Positions 1 through 14,659 of a stretch of DNA of 64,000 nt are shown here, in pieces; the stretch's first letter is position 1; every line of letters starts with the position of its first letter. Source of the stretch: Octopus vulgaris (lineage: Eukaryota). The notes beneath the pieces are model-generated. The model saw only the letters and a list, made by a program, of their open reading frames with translations. It had not been told where the DNA came from and did not search any database. A program made the position numbers and the translations under genes. The stretch lies in the NCBI GenBank assembly GCA_951406725.2, contig OX597829.1, positions 9,920,001 to 9,984,000 of the forward strand, written 5' to 3'.

Positions 1-702
1 AATGCTTTAACCAATAAGCTATGCGCTTTAATATTAGTTAGTATTTCTGATATTGGCATAAGGCCAGATATTTGGAGTCGAATGAATTTGACCAATACTT
101 GTTTGGTACTTTGTTGCATCAGAAAGAGAACGATGAGGAAACAAAGTTTTTTTCTCGGCGATCATCTAACTCACAACCTAAAGATTTCGAGAAATATACG
201 ACGCCATATAAATAAAGTTATTTAGATTTAATATTAGTTATCTCATTTACAATTTTATTACTACGAACACACTTGATCCGGCATTTATTTATATCAATGA
301 ATCATCCGGGCTTGCTTCTTTTTTTCTTTTTTTATTTTTTTGCTCAAACCGTAAACTATGATTAATAAAGTGTTTATCAACTGATCTGTCTTGGTTGTGT
401 TGATAATTAAACCTAGGTCCAAAGGTAATTAAGAGGTGATCTCGTTTTTTTTAACGTTAATTTAATTTATTCACATATAATGTATCTATGTTGATTTTCT
501 AAAGTGTCCTGAATTCTTATTGCCGTTTTGCCCCAAGTCACTCTTGTTTAAGCAGACCGGTGGTTAGATATTTTCTGTTCATAAGTACGTATCTCATGTT
601 CAGGTATATTTGGGGGAGTATTATTCTGTGTGCCTAAATATGTTCTAGCTGGTATCCTCTGGCCAGTTTCATCCGCGACAATCTCATCTTTTATTTAGAC
701 AG

Positions 703-777
<75 letters not shown>

Positions 778-785
778 ATATACCT

Positions 786-1781
786 CCAGAAGAAGCCCTC
801 CAAAGGCTCATTAACTGTTTTGAGCAAGCATGTAACGACTTTGGCTTAGCTATCAGCCTTAAGAAGACCAACATCATGTGTCAGGCTACATCGGACATCC
901 CAAACATACATATTGGAGACCACAGATTACAGGAGGTGGAGACGTTTACCTATCTTGGCACTACCGTCACCTACAACCTATCCCTTGACGCTGAGCTCAA
1001 TATAAGCATTGGCAAGGCAGCTGCTGCGATGACCCAACTCTCCAAACGGGCTTGGGACAACAATAAGCTGACCAAGACCACGAAAATGAAGATCTACCAG
1101 GCATGTGTACTCAGCACTCTACTGTATGGAAGCGAGATCTGGACGCTATACACACGCCAAGAGCGTCGCCTAAACATTTTTCACCTGCGCTGCCTCCGAA
1201 AAATCCTCCGCATCAAATGGCAGAATCATATCCCCAACAAAGATGTCCTCAGACAAGCAGGAATACCAAGCATGTTTGCACTCCTCACACAAAGACGTAT
1301 GAGATGGCTTGGGCATGTTAGCCGTATGAAAGATGGCAGAATCCCCAAGGACATACTCTACGGAGAACTTGCTAGGGGTACTAGGTCTGTGGGTAGACCG
1401 ATCTTACGTTACAGGGATGTTTGCAAAAGGGATATGAAGGCCTGCAACATCAATATTAGCGGTTGGGAGGCAGTTGCCGGCAACCGTGGAAAATGGCGAC
1501 GTACAGTAAAAGAGGGAATACAAAAGAGTGACAGAGAGAGAGAGGAGAAATGGAAAGAAAGGAAGAGACGTAAACAAGAGACTATGGCACTACAACCAGC
1601 CAGGAACAGTCTTCGCTACATTTGCGGTACCTGCCAGAGGGAGCGTTTGTCCAGGATACGACTACACAGCCACAGCAGGAAATGTATCAGGACATGAAAA
1701 GCCGGACTAGACTACAAAAAAAAACAAAAAAAAAACATACGCAACTCCATTGTCTCCCGAGACAGAAAGGATGCCAATACA
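786..1781 (+). mobile_element. 5'-truncated RTE-clade (BovB-like) LINE with 14-bp target-site duplication
   Basis: RT C-terminal/thumb motifs (FTYLG, LLYGSEIW, RMRWLGHV, RIPKDILYGEL) and a C-terminal Cys/His motif. TSD ATATTGATATACCT at 772-785 and 1782-1795. Confidence 0.92.
876..1697 (+). pseudogene. RTE LINE ORF, C-terminal part (RT end/thumb), 273 aa; frame is open back to the truncation at ~786
   Basis: ORF track; upstream in-frame EEALQRLINCFEQACNDFGLAISLKKT is typical RTE RT sequence. Confidence 0.88.
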
Positions 1782-1821
1782 ATATTGATATACCTGTACA
1801 TATATATGTGCGTGTATATAT

Positions 1822-1990
1822 TAATAGTTGAAATTTACAAGAAACAAATACATAAAACAAAAGATGAAGACGGGTATGTAAACAACAAACTGATGTATTA
1901 GTTTAACGCTCGGGAAGTGAGAAAGTCCTTTACGTTTCGAGCCTACGATCTTCAACGGAATGGAACATAGAAATAAACAGCGATCAATCA
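1822..1990 (-). mobile_element. PLE-type 3'-end stub with a degenerate hammerhead-like motif
   Basis: Minus strand CCGTTGAA-GATCGTAGGCTC-GAAACGT; related to stubs at 50227 and 51821. Confidence 0.45.
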
Positions 1991-2226
1991 TGATAGTACA
2001 CACAAACAAAATTAGGGGTTCAAAGAATCAAACAGAGTACGCATGAAGTTCCTCGCTAAGTGAAAGACTACCAAAAAGGACCGTAGCTAAAGCTAAGGTG
2101 GCTTAGTGCCGTTCTGAAAGTCTAGAAAATACAACGGTGGGGAGTATGTATATGCACTGATATCAAATAAGAGATATTTTAACCTACCATGAAAATTAGT
2201 CCATTTGTAAAAATTGCACCACATTT

Positions 2227-2266
<40 letters not shown>

Positions 2267-2414
2267 GTGTGTGTGTGTGTGTCCGTATATATTCATATGT
2301 ATACAAACATACACACACACACATACACACACACATATATATATAAGATCATTATGAAACAGCCGTAAACTAATAGAATAGAAACTAATTCTCTCACTTC
2401 ACTTCTCTTATCCG

Positions 2415-2457
<43 letters not shown>

Positions 2458-3029
2458 AAAGTAAGATAGGGGTTATGGGTGTAACCCACTATGGGATATG
2501 TATATATATATATATACATACATATATAATATATGTAGTTAGATTTGGTGGTGAGAGGCGAGCTGACGTGTGTGAGTGCGTTGGTGTTGCCGTATTTGTA
2601 GGTATTAGTATGTTTGAGTGCGTGTGTACGGATGTGTGTGTGTATGCATGGTTGCGTATGCGTGTGTGTATGTGTATTGATGTAGGTGAAGGGATAGTTT
2701 TACATGATAGGAAATATGAGTACGTATGTGTGTATGTGTGTATGTGTGCATGTGTGTGTGCATGTGCAGTAGGTATATATATAATATGTGGGATTGTAAG
2801 TTATGCATATGGGTGTGGAAGGGAGTGGAAGTTAAGTTAAAATTAAAATATCTTTTTAAAATTAATTTAATTCATTCATTCATTAACAAATTTAAAATAA
2901 ATTTTAAATGAAGAAATTTTGAAAAAGTTCAGAAATTTAAAATAAATTTAAAAAATCAAATCAAAATTAGATCTTCAAAAAGTTGAGAAACATATATGTG
3001 TACGTGTGTGTGTTTGCGTGTATATGCGT

Positions 3030-3655
3030 GTGTATGTATGCATGTATGCATGTCTAGATGTATGCATGTATGTACGTATGTACGTCTAGATGGATATATG
3101 TATGAATGTATGTATGTATTAATGTATGTATGTATGAATGTATGTATGTATTAATGTATGTATGTATGTATGGATGGATGGATGGATGTCTGGATGTAAG
3201 TATGTATGCATGAATGTATGTATTAATGTATGTATGTATGTATGGATGTATGTATGTATGTATGAATATATGCATGTATTAATGTATGTATGCATGTATG
3301 TATGTGTGTATGTATGCATGCATGTATGTATGTATGCATGGATGTATGTATGCATGAATTTATGTATTAATGTATGTATGTATGTATGTATGCATGCATG
3401 TATTAATGTATGTATGCATGTATGTATGGATGTATGCATGTATTTATGAATGAATGCATGTATTAATGTATGTATGGATGGATGTATGCATGTATGAATG
3501 TATGCATGTGTTAATGTATGTATGCATGAATGTATGGATGTATGTATGAATGAATGAATGCAAGTATTAATGGATGTATGTATGTCTGGATGGATGTATG
3601 AATGTATGCATGTATTAATGTATGTATGTATGTATGTATGTATGCATGTATGTAA
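3030..3655. repeat. Compound (TATG)n/(TGCA) tetranucleotide microsatellite
   Basis: Seen directly. Confidence 0.95.
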
Positions 3656-4022
3656 ATATAGACTTCTTGTGAACCTATGCTCTTCGTGTTACTTGCAATA
3701 TTTGCTCTGTCCTAAAATACAGACGCTTCTTTGTCATTTTCGCTGTCAAATAAAGTAAATCAGTGATTGATCCCGATGGAAAAATCAACGACGCTGTTAT
3801 TCATTAATTGTGATATGCAACAAATAAAATAAACAGAAATGACAAATCGATAACGAAGTCTGTTTACTGGTTACTTCTTCGTCTTAACACCCTTAATTAC
3901 CGTGAATTCATCATACAGTTACATCAGCAGAGAGACAAATACGGAGAAAATGTGAGAAAAAGGTATAATTGAGAGCGAGAGAGAGAGAGAGAGGGAGTAA
4001 GCATATGTGCGTCGACGCATAT

Positions 4023-4109
<87 letters not shown>

Positions 4110-4448
4110 TTTGTGTATGCACGTGTGTATAATGTGGTCACGCAGGTAATGTAGCAAAAACTTGTTGAAGAATCAATTAATCCATAATCTGTTGTACTGC
4201 GTCTTTTGTCAAAACATCATGATAACTATCTTTATTTAGCTTTATAAATCGGCCATGTTGGCAGAAATGTTAGAACGTCCAACACTGTGTCATGCAGTAC
4301 TTGGTTGTTCTGCTTCTTTGCTGCCTGAGCTCGTGTCTAGATGTGGTCAACTTTGCTTGTTATCCTTTAGAGTTCTACCAGTTCATTGATGTGGATTGTA
4401 GGAATGCAAAAACGTTGGACAAAATGACTTGCAACAGCTGCTCTAGCT

Positions 4449-4592
4449 CTGGCAGAGTTGTTAGCACGCCGGACGAAAACCTCAACGGCATGTCATCCGT
4501 CTTTAAGTTCTGAGTTCAAATTCCGCCGATCTCCATTTTGCCTTTCATCCTTTTTGTTTCGATAAAATAAGTACCAGCTGAGTACTGAGGTC
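4449..4592 (+). mobile_element. tRNA-derived SINE fragment (second family)
   Basis: A-box-like TGGCAGAGTTG, B-box-like GAGTTCAAATTCC, then TTTGCCTTTCATCC...AATAAGTACCAG body shared with 19842-20048. Confidence 0.6.
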
Positions 4593-6091
4593 TGAAATTG
4601 CTGGCCTTGTGCCAAAATTTGAATTAAATATTTGTTCTGGCTCTCTATGTTCTGAGTGCCCAGGCAGGATGAAGTCCTTGTCTGGATCAAGATATCTTGA
4701 AAAAATATCTGAAGTAAAGTAATGGGAACCCTGGAACTTTCCATGACAAGTACAAAGTTTGTCCAAAGTTACCTGGAGTCTTTCATCAAGCTGCTTGCAC
4801 CGAAAGAACACTCCACGGTTGTCTTATGCGAAATTTATACAAATTTCTTTAAACACGGCAAAATCTGCGATTCATTCGAACATTGACCAGAATGCATCGC
4901 AGAGTTTTTGCCGACATCGGCATTCTGAGTTCAGATTCCTTTGAAATCAAATTTGCCTTAAATCTTCAAGCGGTGGATTAAAGGAATACCAGTCCAGGAA
5001 AGTGAATTGGCGGAATTAGAATGGTGTTGGACGGGATCATTTTCAATATATCTTGTGCATCTTTGTGTTCGGACACGACACTAGTGCCAAGTGTGTATCG
5101 GTTCTATAGCGGGGATCTTTCTCATGGTTAACATTGATGGTATGGAAATGGGAAACTTGCATGTATGTGCAACAGCCAGTCTTCCACAAAAATTGCAGAT
5201 ACTTGGTTAGCCTTAACGACGGAAACCCTAGACAAAGGATTATCAATTAAACTGGACTCTAGTATATTCTGGCTCTGAATAAGAAACATATTGTTTGTAT
5301 TGTCAATAAAGGTTATAGGATGAAACTCAATAAATATTTGCAGCTACTTTAAAAAATTTTAAAGCGTTTACCCATCTCTTCAGTTTGCGGTGTGAAAAAC
5401 TTGTCTGTATCGAGATGATAATAGGGCGCCTTGTAAGAAATAACCCAAGGTAACGCGAAAAAAACTGTATTTCCCAATAATATTCCATTTCAAATAGTCA
5501 ACGCTGATCTAGAAAGTTACCAGAGATCGTTCTCCAATTTGAAGCCTTTTAAATGATGGAGTGAAAATACAGTTCACTATTATATACGAAAGCAGTCTGT
5601 AAACGACTAAGTTGTTGTTGATAGTGATGAAGCCCATATTGAGCAGACCTATGATTGGGTTCTTTATGATTTCTTTATAATTAGTGTTACCGCTCAGTTT
5701 ACCTGCTAACATTATGGGTGCATTTGACGGAGACCTCTGTAATAAACATTCGGATCCGGTTTCCAGTCTAACACTACTTTCCTCCTCTCGTAACCGGTGT
5801 CAAAGATTATGTAAAGATTCATGGTCACTGTCTTCCACCTGACTTAAAGATAAAAATACACGTTATCCAGTGTGTCTCGCTTTCTAAAGAATATAGCATT
5901 TATTTTTAAGTAAATTTGGTTATGACGTCTAGCACTCCGTAGGTTTGTTATAAATGACTGATTGTGTCGTTGTTTGCAGTAATAGACTCAACTCATCCTC
6001 TGTATGTGTCCAGGTGGTTCTCTTTCTTTTAATAGTCTTTCCAGTGACACATTCTACAAACATCCTGTAATCAACGAGTAAGCGAGGCCAC

Positions 6092-6445
<354 letters not shown>

Positions 6446-6469
6446 AAACTATGACCATCACATCTATTT

Positions 6470-6536
6470 AATGGTGGTACCCCAGCTTGGCCACAGCTCG
6501 TGAGCTGAAACTAGATAAAATAAAATAAAATAAAAT
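6470..6536 (+). mobile_element. Isolated 3' tip of the CR1-group LINE
   Basis: Near-identical to 30618-30660 (CCCCAGC.TGGCCACAGCT.GTGAGCTGAAACTA) with a (TAAAA)n tail. Confidence 0.8.
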
Positions 6537-6550
6537 ATATATATATATAT

Positions 6551-6650
<100 letters not shown>

Positions 6651-6671
6651 GGATAAGTATATTAAAAGGAA

Positions 6672-6736
6672 TCCGTGGGACAACTCATTTAAATAAAAGA
6701 GTCGGGAACCATTGTGAAAAAGGTTGGGAACCCCTG
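6672..6736. mobile_element. hAT-type MITE terminal fragment
   Basis: Ends in AAAGGTTGGGAACCCCTG, the reverse complement of a CAGGGGTTCCCAA-type hAT TIR. No partner TIR found. Confidence 0.45.
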
Positions 6737-7299
6737 ACCTAGACTATTCCCTACAAAGAACCATTAGATCCATAATTTAGCTCCCATACTGCATTAGGTA
6801 ATCACTTCTAAAATAGCCTTTCTTCGTCACGTGATTCTATAAACAATGGAATTTGTTTTATTATTCAACGCCTCTCAATATTTTCTTTACTGTGCTTATG
6901 GGTCAGTCGTTTGTCTTTACAATATTGATTCGTCCCGGATTATCCAATTTAGATTAATAATGTTTATCTCAGAAAATCTTATTAAATTCTCTGATTCCTG
7001 TATATTATTCAAATTTATATTGCATATCTGAGAGTATCAGATAAGCCTTTTGGTAAAATACTTACTTTTGATCTGAGATTCTAAAACAAATATCATGATT
7101 TTTATAATCTACTCCAAAGAACCAAAGAGCTGGAGTTAATTTACGCATGACTTGTGTCTCCCAAGGATACTAATGGAAAAGTTTGTTAAATCGAGAATAA
7201 CAATGTAAACACTACAAGTTGAAAGGTTGAGGAATTTAAGATTTCTGTCAAGAAATTACATCAGAAATGATAAACAACAATCTAATTATCACTATTGTA

Positions 7300-7590
7300 T
7301 TTCTCTCTCTCTCTTTCTCTCGCTCTCTTCCCCTCTTTCCCCTTCTATCTCTCCATTTCTCTCTCTCTTTCCCTCTCCCCCCTTCTCTCTCTCCGTTTCT
7401 TTCTCTCTCTCTCTCTCTTGCTCTCTCTTCCCCTCTTCCCTTTCTCTCTCTCTTGCTCTCTCTTCCCCTCTTCCCTTTCTCTCTCTCTTGCTCTCTCTTC
7501 CCCTCTTCCCCTTCACTCTTACTCTTGCTCTCTCTTGCTCTCTTTTCCCTTCTCTCCCTCTTTCTCTCTCCGTTTCTCTTTTTATCTCTT
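7300..7590. repeat. CT-rich minisatellite, ~30-33-bp unit (CTCTCTCTTGCTCTCTCTTCCCCTCTTCCCTTT)
   Basis: Several tandem copies visible. Confidence 0.85.
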
Positions 7591-8031
7591 TTAGTTTTAT
7601 TCATCATTGTCTAAGATTTCGACATTTTTATCATCATGAACACCAATATATACACCTTTCCCTATTGTTATAATCGAAATTGTTCGACTTAATTATATTA
7701 GTTCATATGATCAATACTGACTAAACACCCGCACAGTAAGACGAAATGGAAGATCAATCCTGCAGTGGACATATATATATATATATTCTTACCTTCGTCT
7801 AAGAAGTCAATTTACTTGATGGTGGATGCGATGTAACCCCCCTCCCCCCCCACACACACACGCACACAACTCCCAAAATTATCACAGAAAACCATCATGC
7901 ATCTTTTTGAGCATACTTCAGAATTTGAGCTTCTGGAAAATTGTGATCCAAAAAATTCTTAAAAACTCCAGCGAAAGAAACTGTCAAATACAAACTATTA
8001 TACGTATTCTATACATACATACATACACACA

Positions 8032-8240
8032 CACTTTGAAGGCTATGCGCTTACAATCCATGAACAGGTGATTGCCACAAAGTACCTGGTGACCAAAAGA
8101 GACAGTGACGCCCTTGTAATCCCAAGATGCAACCGCATGTGTAGGCTATGTCGTGTTTCTGTGGAAGACATCACGCATGTGATTAGCAGCTGTCCTAAAA
8201 TCTTGTCACGGTACTACCTCCCTATGCGGCACGATGTTGT
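8032..8240 (+). mobile_element. R4-clade RLE LINE fragment (CCHC knuckle and RHD motif)
   Basis: FEGYALTIHEQVIAT...CRLC...EDITHVISSCP...PMRHDVV; preceded by (CATA)n/(CA)n. Confidence 0.75.
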
Positions 8241-9231
8241 TAGCGTTCCTCATCAGGGTAGAGAAGATCTTACGTTTCAGATCTTAATTCATAGGTGGAA
8301 TGATTAAATTTGGAGAGCTAGTTGTATTAGAGGGAGCTGCATTAGAGGAAGGCTGGAGGTGTTATGGTGGTATTAAGACAGGGAATGGTGAGAGGAGAGT
8401 CAATTAATCCCCACTCAGAAAGTGTGAAGGGTTAATTGTTTCTGTATACAGGCACGCACACGCACCTATATATGCATGTGTGTGTGTATGTATACTACAC
8501 TTCGATATCAGCCAATTTATGTTTGTGTGTGTGGGTGTACACACACATACATAAACAAATAGCAACTGATGGATAGTGAACCACATTCCATGTTTTTTTT
8601 TATTGACGGGCAAAAGTGTTACTGCATGTAAAAAAAAATTATAGTTAAGAATTAAACATTTTGAACTTCTCAAGAATAATTACATACTGTCATATGACTC
8701 CAGTGGTCCGACCGAGTTTGGAGCGGTAGAATCACCTGTATAAGTTACTCTTCATATTCGAGGCTGCGATGAAGTTATAAGATGTTATTCAGGCACCCAA
8801 TTTAGAACCCACTGACTCTTTTAGCGGAAACAGCTGTAAGCTAATAAAGTTCATAATATAATCATTTATTCCTTCGTCATCATATTTCCTTATTACCGCT
8901 CTCGTCTGCTCGGCTCAGTACAGAGACGTTCGTCCACTTGTTGGTTTGTTGTCGTTGCTGTTGTCTGGCAACCGATCAGTTGCGATGATTGGCCTACGAT
9001 CAAATGCGTTCCAGCTACGTCAATCGTTTTGTATAGTTAAGAACTACATTAACCATCGTTGTCCTACATTTTTGCTTTTCAAACAACTAGTAATTTTATT
9101 ATGACCTGACTTCTATATTTAGCAATTTGTCCTACCTCTTACAGGTTCTCGCCTTATGTGATTTTTTTTGTGCGTGTGTTTTGTATTCTGAACTTGTTGC
9201 TGCTGATGCCATTATTTTTTGCTATTGTTGC

Positions 9232-9266
<35 letters not shown>

Positions 9267-10880
9267 AAGAAGAAGAAGAAGAAGAAGAAGAAGAAGAAGA
9301 AGAAGAAGAAGAAGAAGATGATGAAATAGTGGTGGTGGTGGTGATGGTGGCGTTGTGGTAGTTGTTATTGCTGTTGTTGTTACTAGTGTTCATATCGCCA
9401 GCTGAACTCTGATCAAAACGATTATGACTCAAAGTGCTTCAGCCATAATTGTTATGTCTTTGTGCTTTTTTATGTATTTTTTGCTAGAGTGTATCTTGGA
9501 CTACATCATGCAATGTATACCTTCCATATTTACGACGGGAGAATGTAATTTATGGGGGATAGACCTATTATTTCTACCATGTAGAAACTTGTGTGTTGGT
9601 TCATATATTTCGAAGTTGGTATCTACTGTCAAGCGTCATAAGCAAATTTTGTTGCTGAAGATAGAGAAAGTAAATGTACGGCGGAAAACTTCATAAACAT
9701 ATTGTGTTGAATCAAAAAACTTGCGACTTTAACATTTCTAATCTGATATTGACCTTTTAACTGCTTTAACTAAATCAAAAAACCTAGAACTAATCTCATT
9801 CAGCTACATTCCTTCGTATCTACACTTATTTCTACATTTCCGCGAAAGTAATGCTAACCGCTTATATACATAGTTCAGTCAAAGAAGGAGCTCTAAGGCA
9901 GAGTCCATGACCTTTGCGTGACCTTACTATTCTCTGACAAACTGGATAAGAATGATGAGACTCGGAGTTTAAAAATGATTCATAAGTTTAGTCCTCGCTC
10001 TTGATGTAGCACCTTTCCCTGTATAAGTTACTCTTCATATTCGATGCTGCGATGAAGTTATAAACATGGCGCCTCGTTATAAATAGTAAGGTAACAATTC
10101 AAAATGGTGTGTTTAATCAAACGATTTGAAAATATGAGGTAAATACTCCTGATATATTCGTAGATGATAACACTTTACTAATATTCGTACTCATTTAAAA
10201 GAACCTTCCGTTACTGAATTTCCTTTTGGAAATAAATTACTTATTTTTACTGCAAAATGTCTGTGATCTTTTAAAAAATTGCCAAAAGAAAATTATACCT
10301 CCCCCACCACAAAGTTCATATCTTGTTTGAGTTTTTGAAGCTACCTAAATATGCTAGAAAAAAGAAAAAAACAGAGCGTGAGAGACAGACAGAGACAGAG
10401 AGGTAGAGAGAAAGAGACGGAGAGAGAGAGAGAGTCACAATAGACAGAGAAATAGAAGGTGGAGGTAGGTACAGTTTAATCTTGTTTATGGTAAAGTGGC
10501 ACTGGTTCGTAGATTACAGAACGGTTTCACATTACCAAATGAATGAATAAGAAGTAGAAATTGTCGTCGAGTGAACTAAAGCACTCTTAGTATTACTTTG
10601 AACACATTGAGTTAAATAAGATGGTGTGCTGTGAAGACAAGATGATTATGCTGCCCAGGCCGCTATACTGTGTATCGTCCTGTATCGGAGAAGAAACAAT
10701 GAGCTAAGCTGGTCGTCTGCAAACAGATATTCTAAAGGGTATAGCGTTTCTAAATCAATATCAGTTTGTTATAAAAGTGGTTGATTGTATTTGAAGGCAG
10801 CCCCAAATCTAAATTTTACCAGTAAATTTATCTACATATACGCGCACGTGTGTGTTTGCATATTTGTGTGTGAGTGCGGT

Positions 10881-10916
<36 letters not shown>

Positions 10917-10951
10917 GTGTATATGCATATATACATGCATACAGGCACTAA

Positions 10952-11177
10952 TACTCTTTTACTCTTTTTACTTGTTTCAGTCATTTGACTGCGGCCATGC
11001 TGGAGCACCGCCTTTAGTCGAGAAAATCGACCCTAGGACTTATTCTTTGGAAGCCTAGTACTTATTCTATCGGTCTGTTTTGCCGAACCACTAAGTTACG
11101 GGGACGTAAACACATCACCATCGGTTGTCAAGCGATGTTGGGGGGACAAACACTGACAGACAAACACACAAACATAC

Positions 11178-11226
<49 letters not shown>

Positions 11227-11394
11227 TATATATATACGACAGGCTTCTTTTCAGTTTCCGTCTACCAAATCCACTCACAAGGCTTTGATCGACCCGAGGC
11301 TATAGTAGAAGACACTTGCCCAAGGTACCACGTAGTGGGACTGAACCAGGAACCATGTGGTTCGTAAGCAAGCTACTTACCACACAACCACTCC
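10952..11394 (-). mobile_element. Major tRNA-derived SINE, full length, with internal (TA/CA)n
   Basis: A box TGGTTGTGTGG, B box GGTTCAGTCC, (TAAAAGAG)n-type tail; many copies in the window. Confidence 0.9.
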
Positions 11395-13655
11395 ATCCAC
11401 CAAAATTTAATACTAGACTGGTTAACCTTTCTTTGAAAAGGACTAAACTGATATTCACTTTATCGACCTCGGCGAAATTTGAATTAGACTGACTAAATGT
11501 CGGTAAGAATTTTGCCCGTTGTGCTAACGATCGTACCAGCTCGCAGCCTTAATAATATTCCAAAGGCCAGCTTATGTGTCTTAAGGAGTAGAAAAAAAAT
11601 CATTCTTATTCATGTATACTTCCATACGTTGTCCACAAGAAGAGCAAACATGATGACACGTTTTTCCTATTTTAAATCTTTGCCTATTTTATTCATCTTT
11701 GGCGAGTTAGGATGAATCAAAGCAGAGAGTCGCAGAGTCCAAAACCAAGAAGATCACTTCAGTAGACCGATTACTAAAATTGGTATAGTAAGCGTTAGAG
11801 CTTCCTGTGACATGTCGAGGCGGTCTTTTATTGTATTCTGTTTTGCTGTTGAAGTTATCTGTAGGTGTGATCCGTGTAGACTGTTTGATAACGCATAGAT
11901 TGAAGTTTTATGCACATCGTAGCTTACTGTAGTTTGTTTTCAAGAAATTTGGTATGGCATAACCTTCACTACTTCTAATGTATTATTTGTACATTGTTGT
12001 TGTTCCTTTTTCTTGGTCATATGTGGAACCTATGATTGCTGTATGTTTGTGCTTTACATTCGTCTTAATTTCTCTGTGATTTATTGCTGAGATACATCAG
12101 ACTGGTAGTGTGGTTGTCTCTTGCCTCCTGCGTTTGTATGTGCGTGTGTGGTATAATTATGTTGTTCCGATTGTACGCCCCGTAGTGTTGTCAATAATTT
12201 TGTTTGGATCTCTTTTTATCATTCGCAAGGGACATATTATAATGGGAGTGGGGTTGAGGTTGTTTCTCTTTTCAGATTGTACATTCTATTTATCTCTGTT
12301 TCCAAGCCTTTACATTTTACAGTCTCCAGTGTATGAAAATTTCTTCTCACGTCTTGTCGTTTACTCCCAACTCTTTCATGTCTCTTTCATACACTGTTTT
12401 TTCTAAGACTGAACTGCCAGAAACAATGTAACTGATTGTTTCTTCATAACCTCAACATACTCTGTTGTTATTTTGTATACTGATTCATTATATGTTTCGT
12501 GTAGTTTCTGGTGGGAAGGTTTTGGCTTTGTGCTGCTATCAAAAATCTGTCTCTCTCAGACTTAATTTCTGTCAGTGCTAGTATTTTGTTTTTTTACTTG
12601 TTATGCACAGATGTCTCAAAAATGGTCGTTTAAGGAATTTTCCTCTAGAAATTAATATAATTTTGTAGCCTCACTTTCTTTAACAAAATTAGCCTTTGAA
12701 TATTTATGTTGTTTTCTGCCGTTTTCTTTACGTAATACTTTATCTCAGCGTCTGATATGTATTGGTTGGTTTCTCCGATGATGGAAAAATATTGTTTCGT
12801 TTTTGTTTTGTTCTTGTTTTAGTAGTTATTTATTTAAATTTCCCTTTATTCTTACAAGATATATTTTTGTGATCCTACAGTAATTATTGATTAACTGTTT
12901 TCCAAATGCAGATCTCTGCCTTTTTGTGTTCTTGATAAATATATTCTTACTGTAACAGTATTTTGATTTGATTTTATATTTTAGTTCAGTGGAACTGGCA
13001 CTGCCCATAGCCGTTTCCAAACTCGCTCTACAAAACTGCTAAGGTCAACATGGTTGCTATTCTGCTTAAATAAAGTCCATTTGGTGTTAGTTTAAGCAAC
13101 ATTCAACCTATCTACGCTCTCAGATCAATCTTGTCCAAGGTCGACTTTACTAGTTATCATTTAGGAAGTTTATAAATAAGGTCCAACTGAATAAAGAAGG
13201 AACGAAGTAGGAATATCCTATACCGACACATACACAAGTACACATGAATATAAAGTCAAATAAAATGAATTTACTTCGTTTTCAACGATGAGTTCGATCA
13301 AATGACTTATTTATTGTATGTGACAAGAGTTGACTCTTTGGATTATAGATAACTCCATCATGTAGGTTTCTACAGAATTTCTTCCTACTCAGTATTAATT
13401 ACAACTACAAAGTAATACACCGAACAAAATTAAATAATAGGACAGAAAACGGGGGGAAAAAAGGATTGGCAGAAGAGACAATAGGGAGAAGCGAAGAATG
13501 ATAAGTAAGAACATAAATATTTGCTTATTGCAGGCGATACATTTGAAAATGATAGTGCGAAACCAACAGGAAGTAAATGAAATAATGAAACCGAGCGGAA
13601 ATGTAAGTGCGGAAACAAAACAAATTGAATGCACGAGTAAAATGCAGAATTGTTT

Positions 13656-13690
<35 letters not shown>

Positions 13691-14659
13691 GATCTCTTTC
13701 TCCCTCATTGTCAGTCTCTTTCTTTTTCACGCTCCCTCTCCTGTATAGTAATGCCTGCTTTCTTCCTGGCAGTCGACTCTCATCCAACCATTCTCTTCAT
13801 TATCTACCTGCTTTTATTTTTACACAAATGGAAACTTATGCGTACAACACACTTTGTGGCACATGCCTTCTACTGCTCGCGCACAAGCACACTAGCACAC
13901 ACACACGTATATGTGCATGCATGTAAATATGTATGTACGAAGGATTTGCAATCGTGAAGTCCCATGTTCAATACCAGTATGAAGCACCCAAGGCAATATA
14001 TTTTACCATAGCTTCGGGTGATCCGTAACTTGAGTGACATTGAGTAGAGACAGATTATGTTGACCCCCGTTGGGTAAAATGTATCTGTAATTTAAAAGTG
14101 ATTGTCACAGTGGTTGTCTGCCAGAAGATTAAATTATGGTTACACGTGTCTAAGGATACCCAGCTGTTTGTATTATAATACAGCATGGCGGTAAATCACT
14201 TGATCGAACAACTGGATTAATCCTCATCGAAAACGACGGAATTCCATTTTCTCTTTTCTTTGACCTTCATGCGTATATATGTATATATGCACATCTGCTT
14301 ATATTCATATAAACAGATGAATAAATATCTACATATGGATGTGTATGCGCCAATGGGCTTATCACAACATAATCACGTTTAATATCATTAAAAGACGTGC
14401 ATTCATTAAACTATATCCAGTTTACTGGAACTTACACCCAGTAAACCACATCCTTACCACTTAGTAATAACAACTACCAAGTTCAAGTCATCAGAAATTA
14501 TTTAGAGGTGGACCCATTTACAACCGAGTGAACTGAGGCATTTGAAAGTTAAATGTTTTAATCATAAAGAAAATACAATAATGATAACAGAATAACAGAG
14601 AACGAACAACTGATCCCTTTATAAAGCACAATGTAGCACTCAACGTACGGATATCTAAA

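Noticed and set aside
4600-6080. Possible host exons in higher-complexity sequence
   Set aside because: No recognisable domain or consistent splice structure; parts resemble very old LINE debris.
11750-12560. Possible ancient LINE RT remnant (also 15800-16380)
   Set aside because: Motifs too decayed to support by eye.
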